A stretch of 64,000 nt of DNA from Chitinophagales bacterium (GCA_016787225.1 JAEUUY010000026.1:172414-236413); one strand, 5' to 3'; counted from the stretch's first letter, positions 10,477-20,758 are shown. Translations and numbers: made by a program. Notes: a model not told the origin generated them from the letters alone.

Positions 10477-11097
10477 ATGTTTCGTTTCATTGTTACGCTC
10501 GGATTTCTTTATATTTCTATTTGTAGTTACGCTATAGATTTCAAAGTTGGTATTATGGGTGGTGCTAATAGCTCCTTCAATCAATTATATACTTTCGGAG
10601 ATATAAAGAAAGCAGACCCTAAACTGGGGTATAACGCCAATATTTTCGCACGATTCAAGTTTAGCGGTTATATCATTCAACCAGAAGCAGGTTATCTCAT
10701 GAATCGAGTTGGATTCAGTATTTCAGAAAATGGAAGCACACGTGAAGCGAATTTCGGACTTGGACAATTCTATGCTGCCGCCCTCATGGGGTACAAATTG
10801 AGTAAATTAAGATTCTCTGCTGGACCCATGATATCATTTACAGCTAGTCAGAGTTTCGATGCTTTGACCTCTCAAAGCACGCTTATTCAACAAATCAATG
10901 ATGGCAGAGTAAATATAGGCGCTATGATCGATGTAGGTCTAGATGTATCGAAAAGATGGAGCATAGATTTAAGAGCATCCAGAACCTTCACACAATCCGA
11001 GTTTAACACGTTGACCCAAAACAATACATTTAATTTTTCGGGGAATACTGGAGTTATAAGCATAATGATAGGATACACCATATTCAAAACTCCCTGA
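10477..11097 (+). CDS. Small outer-membrane beta-barrel protein (porin-family / OMP_b-brl)
   Basis: Signal peptide, alternating amphipathic beta-strand pattern, C-terminal aromatic-rich strand; 206 aa. Confidence 0.55.
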   Translation: MFRFIVTLGFLYISICSYAIDFKVGIMGGANSSFNQLYTFGDIKKADPKLGYNANIFARFKFSGYIIQPEAGYLMNRVGFSISENGSTREANFGLGQFYAAALMGYKLSKLRFSAGPMISFTASQSFDALTSQSTLIQQINDGRVNIGAMIDVGLDVSKRWSIDLRASRTFTQSEFNTLTQNNTFNFSGNTGVISIMIGYTIFKTP

Positions 11098-11105
11098 CTA
11101 GGTGG

Positions 11106-13238
11106 TTGCTTTCACTTCGTAATATTATGACTTATAAATTTTTTGCCTGCTTCCTGCTGTTGGCAGTTTTCTATACTCAGAATTTAGAAGGGCAAATCGA
11201 TGATTTCAAAATGAGGTACGAGCAGGAGTATGCGCAACTAAAACCTCAAGAAATTGCCCTCATCCCACAAAAAATTTATCGCTTTTCCAGAGAGCATACC
11301 CAGCATTTACATACCAATCTTGCTGACCTTTTAAGCAATCAAACGAGTTTTTATTTAGCTAAACACAGTATTTATCAATCTGAGCTCTACTATCAAAATC
11401 GAAAGACCTCGCCTACAATAGCTATTCACAACGTTGATTTTAGCTCTTCTATATTAGAGAATAATTTTCAAATCATACAAACCTTACCTCCATTTTCATT
11501 TGAAAGTATTCAGGTCAATCAGGGCTATTCTGTTTCTCAGCTTCAATTGAATTCTAGCCAAATAGCATTATATTTTCCTTTACAGCTTGAGAAAAGAGAT
11601 AGCTTTGGTTTACGATTAAAAGCTCTTGCTGGCGGAGGCAATTCGGATTACTCCGGATTCTTTCAGCTAGCTCTTCATCGCAAAAAGTTGAATTACGCTC
11701 TCAATGCATATGGTGGACAGAATTTTCGTTATGAACTTGGAGCTAATCCACAGCCTTCTTTATCATGGCGACGCATTGCCAACACTTTCAATGGAGCTGG
11801 TCTAGGTTCATGGACATTTCGCTCAGATAGCCTAGTGAATACCCAACCACAAGTTTTTCTAGGTATAGATAATTTGATTAATTTAATAACGAACAACCAG
11901 AATGAATGGAACTTTTATCTGCATCTGGAAGGTCGACAACAAACAAACTTAGGTAATACACTTCAAAAGAATTATCGCTATTTGTTAAGTGAATCCAATA
12001 CTTCATTTAATCCCATGATTCTTGCCTTTATTCAAAAAGTAAATTATAGTGAGACTTCCCCATTCTTTACCCAAATGAATATGGCGCTTACCTATCAGCA
12101 CCTCCATAATGAAACAAATAAACGCTACCTTATTCAAGATGATTTGTATCGTCAGCATTATGAAGAAAATAAAATTTCACTACAAGTTAGAGCACATAAA
12201 AATTTTAACGTAAAGCATATTTTATTCTATGGAAGTGAAATTTCCACGACATTTATCAAAAATGAGTTCCATAGAGACGATGCATTTACCAGTTTTTTCG
12301 ACAAACCCATTACGAAATTTACTTCCTACCTAAAATTTGAAAAGCGACAAAGCGCTGATATCTCTTGGTTCATCGGAGCTAAAGGTGGATTTGAAAATAC
12401 GAGCTATCAACATGCACCTTTTGTACCTATAACGCAAACCATGTTCAGACCGCAAGGAGAATTGAATCTATCATGGCAACGACATATCTGCGAAAGCTCG
12501 AACTATTTGATCAATCTATTCCTGCGCAGTAAAGTGCCAGTCTTAGCTGAATTCAATCCTATATACCAAGATATTTTTTTAGTACCCAATCCCAACCTAA
12601 AAAATGAAACGGAATTGTTATTCGAATCTCATTTGTATAGAAAATTTGAAGACAAATTTGAGGTGCACCTAAGTCCTTATTTTAGATACAGCTGGAATAC
12701 GATTCTGCTTAAAGACAACTATGGCAATCCTAACGAAAAGCTCACCTATGGACTTAATGAATATTTTACTCAGCAATATATCAATCAATCTCATCTCAGT
12801 GAAGGCGGTGCGCATTTAGAATTGCGATATAATATTTCTAAAAAAATACTGGCTTATCATCAAATCAGTTTCCAACAGGTCTGGACTCGTTTAGATTCCA
12901 ACTTATTTTACCCAAGTCTGCCACTATATGGAAATGTGGGAGTTAAATATAAATCAGCAAATCTCTTTCTGCATACTTGGTTGCATTTTAATGGAGGACG
13001 CTCTTTTTCAGATTCTGCGCGCTCTCAATATATTCAATTCTATGCTGATCAAACTAGAGCAAAAAAAGAATTCTCAACCTATTTTGACTTGAATTTAGCT
13101 ATTCAATATTTATTTGCAAAAAACCTTTCCGCTCAATTGAATATTGAAAATATATTCGATCAAAATAGTCTTAATTTTCTATCCACTTTACCTCTCCAAG
13201 GTAGGAGGTTTAGATTACAGTTGATGTATAGACTTTAA
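11106..13238 (+). CDS. Large secreted outer-membrane-type protein of unknown function
   Basis: Signal peptide, 710 aa, Asn/Tyr/Phe-rich beta-type composition, C-terminal barrel-like strand RFRLQLMYRL. Confidence 0.45.
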   Translation: MLSLRNIMTYKFFACFLLLAVFYTQNLEGQIDDFKMRYEQEYAQLKPQEIALIPQKIYRFSREHTQHLHTNLADLLSNQTSFYLAKHSIYQSELYYQNRKTSPTIAIHNVDFSSSILENNFQIIQTLPPFSFESIQVNQGYSVSQLQLNSSQIALYFPLQLEKRDSFGLRLKALAGGGNSDYSGFFQLALHRKKLNYALNAYGGQNFRYELGANPQPSLSWRRIANTFNGAGLGSWTFRSDSLVNTQPQVFLGIDNLINLITNNQNEWNFYLHLEGRQQTNLGNTLQKNYRYLLSESNTSFNPMILAFIQKVNYSETSPFFTQMNMALTYQHLHNETNKRYLIQDDLYRQHYEENKISLQVRAHKNFNVKHILFYGSEISTTFIKNEFHRDDAFTSFFDKPITKFTSYLKFEKRQSADISWFIGAKGGFENTSYQHAPFVPITQTMFRPQGELNLSWQRHICESSNYLINLFLRSKVPVLAEFNPIYQDIFLVPNPNLKNETELLFESHLYRKFEDKFEVHLSPYFRYSWNTILLKDNYGNPNEKLTYGLNEYFTQQYINQSHLSEGGAHLELRYNISKKILAYHQISFQQVWTRLDSNLFYPSLPLYGNVGVKYKSANLFLHTWLHFNGGRSFSDSARSQYIQFYADQTRAKKEFSTYFDLNLAIQYLFAKNLSAQLNIENIFDQNSLNFLSTLPLQGRRFRLQLMYRL

Positions 13239-13347
13239 CCGCAAAGACCTCGAAGACTCAGCAAAGAAAATTAAATGACATATAGAAAACTTCGTGGAAC
13301 TTTGTGCTCAAACTTTGAGAAACTTAGTGCTACAATCACCAGCAAAA

Positions 13348-13722
13348 CTATCCCTTCACAGCCACCAATTCAAAACTCGTATCCGAAACCTTGCCATTCA
13401 ATGGAGGTTCTAATTTTTGGATATAGACCCTTACTTTCGTCAACGGAAATTTTAATGAAAATATGCTCTCCATAATCTGCTGAGCTGCAGCTTCTATGAG
13501 ATTTCCTCCTCGGTTTAACACCTCGTGTGCTATATCGAAAACCAGTTGATAATCCAGGGTATCTTGAAGTTCATCGGAGTTCATAGACTTTTGATAATCA
13601 CCCCATAGGTCTACAGAAACTAAGAATTTATTCTGATTCTTTTTTTCAAAATCAAAGACCCCTATTGGAGCTTCTATTTCGATATTGTGAATAGAAAGAC
13701 ATTGCGAATTTAATTTCCACAT
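13348..13722 (-). CDS. folB: Dihydroneopterin aldolase
   Basis: IEIEAPIGVFDFEKKNQNKFLVSVDLW ... LNRGGNLIEAAAQQIM; 124 aa. Confidence 0.8.
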   Translation of the reverse strand: MWKLNSQCLSIHNIEIEAPIGVFDFEKKNQNKFLVSVDLWGDYQKSMNSDELQDTLDYQLVFDIAHEVLNRGGNLIEAAAQQIMESIFSLKFPLTKVRVYIQKLEPPLNGKVSDTSFELVAVKG

Positions 13723-13907
13723 AGACTAGGTAAAATGATGTCCTCAAAAATGAGTTTTTTTTGACAATTCACAAAAAAATATAGTTTATTCACAGGAATT
13801 CCCACTATCTTTATAGGTAAAATGAAAGGTATCCACATGGTGCTTGGATATCTATCCAAATTATATCAAAACGAGGCGATATATTTGCCGTCAAAAGAAA
13901 AAAAATC

Positions 13908-15521
13908 GTGATAGAAAGACCAGAAATAGCGAAAAAAACACCCCTCAATTTACTTACCAAACGCATAGATGAAGTAGATTTAGGGAGGAAAGCTCCACAA
14001 AGTATCGAAATGGAGAAGGCTATTTTGGCAGCTATTATGATAGACAAAGACGCTATAGATACCGTCAGAGAAATATTGACGGAGAGCTCGTTTTATCTGC
14101 CTTCGCATCAAAAAATTTACACCGCTGCGCTGAAAATTTCTTCGAGAAATGAGCCAGTAGATATTGCCCTCCTCGCAGAGCAGTTATCCAAAGATGGTGT
14201 GCTGGAAATGTGCGGAGGACCTGGCTACCTCATAGAATTATCCAATACCATAGCCAGTAGTGCCAATGTGGAGTTTCACTCCCGTATCGTAGCTCAAAAA
14301 TTTATTCAACGTGAATTGATACGACTGGGAAACGAAGTCATCAAGGGTGCGTATGATAATACCAAAGATGTGTTTGAAACCTTAGATGAGACCGAGTCAA
14401 AAATTTACCAATTATCAGAAAACTATACCAGCGAAGATCCGGTCAATACTTCCGAAGTACTAGGCGATGCTTTATCTGACTTACAGTTGAGAATGGACAA
14501 AAGTCTCAACAATGAACTACAAGGTGTAGAGACAGGATTTAAGCAACTCAACGAACTCTCTGGTGGTTGGCAAAAAGGGGATTTGATTATCGTAGCAGGT
14601 CGTCCGGGTATGGGTAAGACCGCCTTTACTCTTTCTCTGGCTCGCAATGCCGCTGTGATGGCCAATCAGACTGCGGTATTCTTCTCGCTGGAAATGCCTA
14701 CGAATCAGCTGATGATGCGTTTGATATCTTCAGAGGCGGAGATAGAACAAGAAAAAATTCGACGAGGAACTATCAATCAGGCGGAGTTGGCTCAGATCAC
14801 TTCGAAAATGGATAAGCTGAATAAAGTGAATCTATTCTTTGATGACACACCGGGATTGAGTATCATGGATTTTAGAAAAAAGGTGAGAAAAATAAAACGA
14901 GACCACGGACTAGGCTTGATAGTCATTGACTACTTGCAGCTGATGACAGTCAACATGGTGGAAGGCAATGGAAAAATTATCTCCAATCGTGAACAGCAAA
15001 TTGCTTTTATTTCTCGCTCCTTAAAATCTATCGCTAAAGAATTAGAAGTGCCGATCATAGCACTAGCTCAGCTCAGTCGTCAGGCAGAGAATAGAGGATC
15101 GAGCACCAAGCCCTCGAAGCCCATGCTCTCTGACCTGAGGGAATCCGGATCTATAGAGCAAGATGCCGATATGGTTATCTTCCTTTTCAGAGAGGCCTAT
15201 TATGACAAAGAAGCCAAAGATGCTGATGGCAATAGCTTAGAAGATGTAGCCACCATAAGTGTAGCGAAAAATAGAAATGGACGAACGGATAGCTTCAATG
15301 CACGATTTATAGGAAAATACGTCAAGTATTGTGACTGGGATGAGAGTGGACTATCTAGCAATACGATGCGGTATGCCAATATCACGAACAAACAAGCAGA
15401 CGACTTCGGCGATACGCCGAGTATGACCGTACCATCTAAGATGAATCAAATCGATAGAGAAGATTTCTTTAAAGATGATGAACCCAATCAAGGTATGGAT
15501 GATTTTGATGATTTGGATTAA
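13908..15521 (+). CDS. dnaB: Replicative DNA helicase
   Basis: N-terminal PQSIEMEKAILAAIMID, Walker A GRPGMGKTAFTLSLA, IIALAQLSR, and an acidic C-terminal tail. Confidence 0.93.
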   Translation: MIERPEIAKKTPLNLLTKRIDEVDLGRKAPQSIEMEKAILAAIMIDKDAIDTVREILTESSFYLPSHQKIYTAALKISSRNEPVDIALLAEQLSKDGVLEMCGGPGYLIELSNTIASSANVEFHSRIVAQKFIQRELIRLGNEVIKGAYDNTKDVFETLDETESKIYQLSENYTSEDPVNTSEVLGDALSDLQLRMDKSLNNELQGVETGFKQLNELSGGWQKGDLIIVAGRPGMGKTAFTLSLARNAAVMANQTAVFFSLEMPTNQLMMRLISSEAEIEQEKIRRGTINQAELAQITSKMDKLNKVNLFFDDTPGLSIMDFRKKVRKIKRDHGLGLIVIDYLQLMTVNMVEGNGKIISNREQQIAFISRSLKSIAKELEVPIIALAQLSRQAENRGSSTKPSKPMLSDLRESGSIEQDADMVIFLFREAYYDKEAKDADGNSLEDVATISVAKNRNGRTDSFNARFIGKYVKYCDWDESGLSSNTMRYANITNKQADDFGDTPSMTVPSKMNQIDREDFFKDDEPNQGMDDFDDLD

Positions 15522-15821
15522 AATACTCAGCGGATGGATATAATTCGATCCTAGGTATTTATATTAACCTTATTGAAAGACATTACAAAATATAATGCCG
15601 ATCTTGAATTTTCTTAGTGAGGAACGAACTTAGAAATATTCGGTTCGGTATAACATATTTATACGTATATAACGACATAAATAAAAATAATACTATTAAA
15701 AAATATAATGAATTCGCAAACTGGAATATATGCTAAAAGTGCAGCAATCTTAGATTTAAAAATTAATTTACTAAACCAAAATTAATTTTGTAAAGCTGCG
15801 AATATTTAAGAGTTATCAACA

Positions 15822-16484
15822 ATGTTAAGCGAAAATAAAACTTACTTTTTGTTGTTAATAATTGCTTTCTTAAGTTGTGATCAAAATTGCATAAAAGATA
15901 GCAAAGTACTTAACGGAAAAGATCCAAAATCAGTGCAATACGAATGCGAAATAGATACTTCTGTTATAAAAGAAGATGACAATTTTTATCAAGTTATTAA
16001 ATTATCTGACACAAGTAGCTATTTAAAATGGGGAAACAAAGAAACTACATTCTATAGTAAAACTGAAATTGACAATTTTTATTTAGAAAAAGAAAGACTT
16101 CATTTTCAATGGATAAACAAAAAATTTATTTGTTTAGGAAGAAGCAGTGGAAGTGATATATGGTTAAATATTATTCTCCCATTAAAAGAAGATGCAAAAC
16201 CTAAAATTTATGAAAATGCCTTAGCATTTGACAAAGAAAATGGTCTTGTTATTTGTGAAGGATTTATTCACAAAGAAGCCCCATTAAAAGCAGAAAACAT
16301 TTATACTGGAGAAACGGAAATTCTAGGCAAAAACTGGACAAAATGTGATGCATGTTCTTTTTATCATTATTGTATCGATAGTATTAGTATAAAAAATAGA
16401 GAACTCTATGTAAAATGGGCAACACCTCATAAACTCGTAGAAAAACCAAAGTTTGAAACTAAAAGAGTAAAGTTAAAAATTTAG
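15822..16484 (+). CDS. Hypothetical lipoprotein (AT-rich ORFan cassette gene A)
   Basis: Lipobox-like LLLIIAFLSC; very AT-rich coding sequence; followed immediately by the AGATAACTG repeat element. Confidence 0.5.
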   Translation: MLSENKTYFLLLIIAFLSCDQNCIKDSKVLNGKDPKSVQYECEIDTSVIKEDDNFYQVIKLSDTSSYLKWGNKETTFYSKTEIDNFYLEKERLHFQWINKKFICLGRSSGSDIWLNIILPLKEDAKPKIYENALAFDKENGLVICEGFIHKEAPLKAENIYTGETEILGKNWTKCDACSFYHYCIDSISIKNRELYVKWATPHKLVEKPKFETKRVKLKI

Positions 16485-16671
16485 ACACAGCAGATAACTG
16501 CTGGTTCTCTAACAGCGAAGATGTATGAATCAGTCGCTCTAATAGAAGGACGACAAATTAGTTATTTACTATTCTTGAAATTATACGAAATAAAATCTGA
16601 CCTTTTCATTCCTAATAAGTTTATATTTGGTGTAAAAGAGAGCGTTATATTCTAATTTAATCGAAGACAGA

Positions 16672-17322
16672 GTGAAAATAGAAAGACCATTATCTGACAA
16701 GGAAATCAAAATTTTAAAACAAGACTTAAAACGAATTGACAAGCGAAAGTCTTTTCAAATTAGGGTTCTCGTTGTTTGGATACTTCTTGCAGTTATTATA
16801 GGGACATTTGTTTACTATAGACTTGAAATAACTAATGAAATATACCTATTAATTGGAACAGTTGTAATTTACATATTGATAGGCATTTGGAGTTTTATGG
16901 AAAACTATTTGAAAGAAAAGAAAGCAAGTAAGAATATTGATTTCGTTTTTGAGACAAACAAAGTAAAGTCAATTAAGGTGATGTCAAATGATTATATTGA
17001 ATTATCAGAAGTGGAAGACGAAGGGATAAATTACTTATTTCAAATTAATGACAATAAAATACTTTCTTTTGGTGGTCAGGACTTTTATACAACAACAAAC
17101 TTTCCGTCTGACAATTTTGAAATAGCAGTTTGTAACGGTCAACAGGGCGAAGTAGTGCTATTAGAAATCTACAATTACGGAAAGAAGATAAAACCGAAGA
17201 GGAAAATAACTGGAAAACAGAAATGGGACTTGATAGGAAGTGCTAATTATCCTGACCCAGAAAAGTTTGCTATTATAGACGGACAACTTGACAATATTGA
17301 AGCAATTATACGTGGAAAATAG
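16672..17322 (+). CDS. Hypothetical membrane protein (2 TM)
   Basis: Two hydrophobic helices after a Lys-rich N-terminus; no known domain. Confidence 0.45.
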   Translation: MKIERPLSDKEIKILKQDLKRIDKRKSFQIRVLVVWILLAVIIGTFVYYRLEITNEIYLLIGTVVIYILIGIWSFMENYLKEKKASKNIDFVFETNKVKSIKVMSNDYIELSEVEDEGINYLFQINDNKILSFGGQDFYTTTNFPSDNFEIAVCNGQQGEVVLLEIYNYGKKIKPKRKITGKQKWDLIGSANYPDPEKFAIIDGQLDNIEAIIRGK

Positions 17323-17373
17323 AATAACAGCACTTACCCAAAAATTGGAAATTCTTGCTTCTATAACAATGAA

Positions 17374-18096
17374 GTGCTTCGAAATCGGCACCTTCGGGTA
17401 ACTTTAAACGGTTATTATAATATAATGAGCAGTAGTGCACTCAAAGAAACGGATCCTTTAGATATTGACGAAGCAATAGAATGTATTGAAAAATCCTTCG
17501 GCATTCAGTTTATTGAAAGTGATTTGAAAACTATTAAGACGTTTGGCGAATTCTGCGAGTTAGTCAATAAAAAAACTAATTCTCACGATATGCAAGATTG
17601 TACAACTCAACAAACTTTTTATAAACTAAGACATGCATGTGAACTACTTCCGCTTAATTTATCTGAAACTATAAGTCCTAAAACAGAGTTAAAAATAGTA
17701 TTTCCTAAAAACCAGAGAAAAGACTTAATAAATAAATTTCAAGAAAAATTAGGACTGAATCTTGACATTTTACACCCTCCTGAGTATCTAGAAGTTGCTT
17801 TACTGATTTCAATTCTCGTTGGATTCGTTTTGTTATTTTTTACCTTTAAAATAGGTTTAGCCATATTTCTAAGTTCTTATATTGGCTTGTACATAGCGAA
17901 AAAACTAGGAAACAATTTTAGAATAGTGACCTTCGGTGATTTAGCGAACAAAGTAAAAAATGAAAATTACACCAGGTTTCGTAGCACTCCTCACACAACT
18001 AACAAACATGAAGTGCAGGACACAGTGAAACAAATATTTTGTACTAAATTAGGACTAAAAAGTGAGGATCTTAACGACGAAGCAAGTTTCGTTTAA
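17374..18096 (+). CDS. Hypothetical membrane protein with ACP-like N- and C-terminal segments (Pro at the carrier-Ser position)
   Basis: N-terminus DPLDIDEAIECIEKSFGIQF aligns to the ACP [20 protein letters not shown]. C-terminus VKQIFCTKLGLKSEDLNDEASFV aligns to the ACP helix I [23 protein letters not shown]. Central TM hairpin. Confidence 0.45.
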   Translation: MLRNRHLRVTLNGYYNIMSSSALKETDPLDIDEAIECIEKSFGIQFIESDLKTIKTFGEFCELVNKKTNSHDMQDCTTQQTFYKLRHACELLPLNLSETISPKTELKIVFPKNQRKDLINKFQEKLGLNLDILHPPEYLEVALLISILVGFVLLFFTFKIGLAIFLSSYIGLYIAKKLGNNFRIVTFGDLANKVKNENYTRFRSTPHTTNKHEVQDTVKQIFCTKLGLKSEDLNDEASFV

Positions 18097-18331
18097 TAAT
18101 ACAGCTAATTTTTAAAATGAGTTACACCATTTTAAATCCGCTAGAGATATAAACATAATGCCTAGGAAATATTTGATAGTCTTCTGAATGAGAGAGTAAC
18201 GGCGTTAAAATAAATTGCAGGATGGTAGAGAAAGATTTATCTTTGACAAAAAGTAGTCTAGCTAAGCCGCTCATTCCTTTGTTCAGAAGGCTACCGTGCG
18301 TTAGCATCAATTTTAAAGCGACACATCTCAA

Positions 18332-19243
18332 ATGAAAAAAAGACTTTCACTATTGTTCCTATTTTTGGGACAAATCTCATTTGGACAGACAGAAAAGCAT
18401 ATAAAAGTTCAAGGGACGAAATGTAGTATAATTCCCCCTAGTGGTTTTGCGACAGCGACAACTTTTAGCGGTTTTCAAAATACAGAAACAGGAGCTTCAA
18501 TAATGATTAATGAAATTCCAGGATCTTATCAATCTATAGTTGAAGGATTTACAGCGGAGGCCTTAAAATCAAAGGGTATGAAATTACTTACTAAACAAAT
18601 AATTGATTTTAATGGTTCAAAGGCTAATCTCCTTAGCCTTATACAAACTGCGTATGGGACAACTTATTTGAAGCAAATGTTAGTTTTTGGAGACACAATA
18701 GTTACCGTTTTAGTAAATGGAATTTATCCTGAAGCATCGAAAGACCTAGAACAAAAAATTAAAGACGCTATACTATCGACAGTATATAATAACTTACAAG
18801 ATGATAATCCAATTGAAGCTGCAACTTTTACAATAGACATCAAAGACACGGAATTCAAACTTATAAAGTACATGTCAGGTGGTTTGCTTTATTCGACAGA
18901 TGGGAAAATCCCAACTGAAAAACCTACATTGATTGTTGGGAATTCAATTGCAAAAGTTTCATCACAAAATTACAAGAAATATTCAGAGGAAAGACTTAGA
19001 AAACTACCTAGAGGCGAATTCAATGTAATCAAAGAAATCAATGAAGTAACTATAGATAATTTAAATGGCTTTGAAATTGTTGCTAATGGAAAAACTAAAG
19101 ACGAAAAAGTAGAATTGATTTATCAAGTAATGCTATTTAACGATAAAGGTGATTACTACATTATTGTTGGAAAGACTTCAGTTGACTTTGACAAATATTT
19201 GGAAAACTTCAAAAAGATAACAAAAACTTTCAAACGTAAGTAG
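18332..19243 (+). CDS. Hypothetical secreted protein
   Basis: Signal peptide MKKRLSLLFLFLGQISFGQ; 303 aa; no recognisable domain. Confidence 0.5.
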   Translation: MKKRLSLLFLFLGQISFGQTEKHIKVQGTKCSIIPPSGFATATTFSGFQNTETGASIMINEIPGSYQSIVEGFTAEALKSKGMKLLTKQIIDFNGSKANLLSLIQTAYGTTYLKQMLVFGDTIVTVLVNGIYPEASKDLEQKIKDAILSTVYNNLQDDNPIEAATFTIDIKDTEFKLIKYMSGGLLYSTDGKIPTEKPTLIVGNSIAKVSSQNYKKYSEERLRKLPRGEFNVIKEINEVTIDNLNGFEIVANGKTKDEKVELIYQVMLFNDKGDYYIIVGKTSVDFDKYLENFKKITKTFKRK

Positions 19244-19332
19244 ACAAAACTGCTACCATTATCAGTTTTGTAAAAGTTGGACAAATCAAATTGTCTACTT
19301 TCTCGTTCTGAGTACTAAAGCTAAGATGGTAT

Positions 19333-20334
19333 CTAAATTAAATCTTTTAATATCTCCTTTAGGGGTCGTATAGATTTTACATACTCGATAGAAGGGCCGG
19401 CGCACCAGACTGTTTCATAGGTGGATTTAAAGGTCGACTTTTCTATGGCTCGCATACCTTTCAAGGCAAGAATCATTTTAATGTATTTCTTTAACCACTT
19501 ATTTTTATGAAGTAATCGTTCTAAAAAACTAGCTTTTGTTCCTAGTGACTGCACGTAAGGGGTATTGATTACAGTTAAATGTGAACCCGACATTTTTGTG
19601 GTCAAAACGATATCTTTGGCGTGATAATCAATCAGAGCTTGTTTATAGTCGGGAGATATTTTGGCTTCTTCACATGCTAGAAAAATAGTCCCTACAGATA
19701 CACCAATAGCTCCATGTTTCATAACCTCTTCAATCTGCGCCTTAGTACCAATGCCTCCTGCCGAAATGATAGGAACTTTGCAAACAGCTTGAATATTTTC
19801 AATCAAGGTTTTCTCAGATAGATTCCCACAATGACCTCCCGCTTGGTTGTTAACCGCTATCACCGCATCGGCACCCATAGCTTCTACCTTCTTTGCATAA
19901 TTAGCATCAATGACATCACAGAAAACTTTTATCCCCAGTGGTTTGCAGGCTTCGATAGTTTCCTTCGGATTTCCAAGTGATGTAATAATAAAGGCGACTT
20001 TCTCTTCTAAAATAACTTCGAGTTGACCTTTGAATTTCACATTGGATTTATTCACGATTAGATTAATTCCGAATGGTTTCTCAGTTCGGGATTTAATTCT
20101 TCGAATGACATTTCGCAGATCATCTAGACTCCGATAATTCAAAGCAGGAAAAGCAGCAGTGGCTCCACCTTCACAGGCAGCTACCACCATGTCTTCATTG
20201 GATACCAGGAACATGGGAGCTACTATAATGGGGTAGTCAATATTTAAAAGCTCGGCTAAGTTTTTCAATTTAAAATTTTTTGTGGGTATATGACAACGTA
20301 GGAAAGATTTCGAAAAGTATGCAAGTGTTATCAT
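19333..20334 (-). CDS. Nitronate monooxygenase / 2-nitropropane dioxygenase family (FabK-like FMN oxidoreductase)
   Basis: IIVAPMFLVSNEDMVVAACEGGATAAFPALNYR and GGIGTKAQ FMN-binding patterns. Confidence 0.8.
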   Translation of the reverse strand: MITLAYFSKSFLRCHIPTKNFKLKNLAELLNIDYPIIVAPMFLVSNEDMVVAACEGGATAAFPALNYRSLDDLRNVIRRIKSRTEKPFGINLIVNKSNVKFKGQLEVILEEKVAFIITSLGNPKETIEACKPLGIKVFCDVIDANYAKKVEAMGADAVIAVNNQAGGHCGNLSEKTLIENIQAVCKVPIISAGGIGTKAQIEEVMKHGAIGVSVGTIFLACEEAKISPDYKQALIDYHAKDIVLTTKMSGSHLTVINTPYVQSLGTKASFLERLLHKNKWLKKYIKMILALKGMRAIEKSTFKSTYETVWCAGPSIEYVKSIRPLKEILKDLI

Positions 20335-20395
20335 TTAAGAGCCAAGCTCTTTATCAGAAGAGACACAAATAGTATACTAAAATTGTATCAATTAA

Positions 20396-20752
20396 TTAAT
20401 CATCATAATCTTCCCAATCTCTATCTTGAATAACCTGAGATGAACCACTAGTCGTCTTACTAGCTGCAATTTCTTTTTTGCGCTTAATTTGTCTTTTGAG
20501 ATCTTCTACAGCCTCATCGGTAGCCTCTTCAAAGGTCTTGGCCTTGGCCTCTACAAATAGATTGCTATTCGGTATATGGCAGAGAATATGTACGATTTTA
20601 TCTTTAATTTTTTGATGACTATCTGTCTTGAGTTTGACATCAATATCAATAATTTTATCAAAAAAGGTAGTCAGTTTGTCCGTCTTGGCTTCAATAAAAT
20701 CTACCAATTTCTGATCTACAACGAATCCGTCTGCTTGAATTTTTCTGTTCAT
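20396..20752 (-). CDS. hpf: Ribosome hibernation promoting factor / RaiA (short form)
   Basis: MNRKIQADGFVVDQKLVDFIEAKTDKL; 118 aa. Confidence 0.8.
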   Translation of the reverse strand: MNRKIQADGFVVDQKLVDFIEAKTDKLTTFFDKIIDIDVKLKTDSHQKIKDKIVHILCHIPNSNLFVEAKAKTFEEATDEAVEDLKRQIKRKKEIAASKTTSGSSQVIQDRDWEDYDD

Positions 20753-20758
20753 ACTTTT

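Noticed and set aside
13840-13880. DnaA-box-like sequences (GTATCCACA, TATCCAAA) upstream of dnaB
   Set aside because: Only two loose matches, not adjacent to dnaA and without an AT-rich unwinding element cluster; insufficient to call oriC.
19244-19272. Hairpin ACAAAACTG...CAGTTTTGT after the 303-aa secreted-protein gene
   Set aside because: 9-bp stem but no U-run on either strand; weak as an intrinsic terminator.
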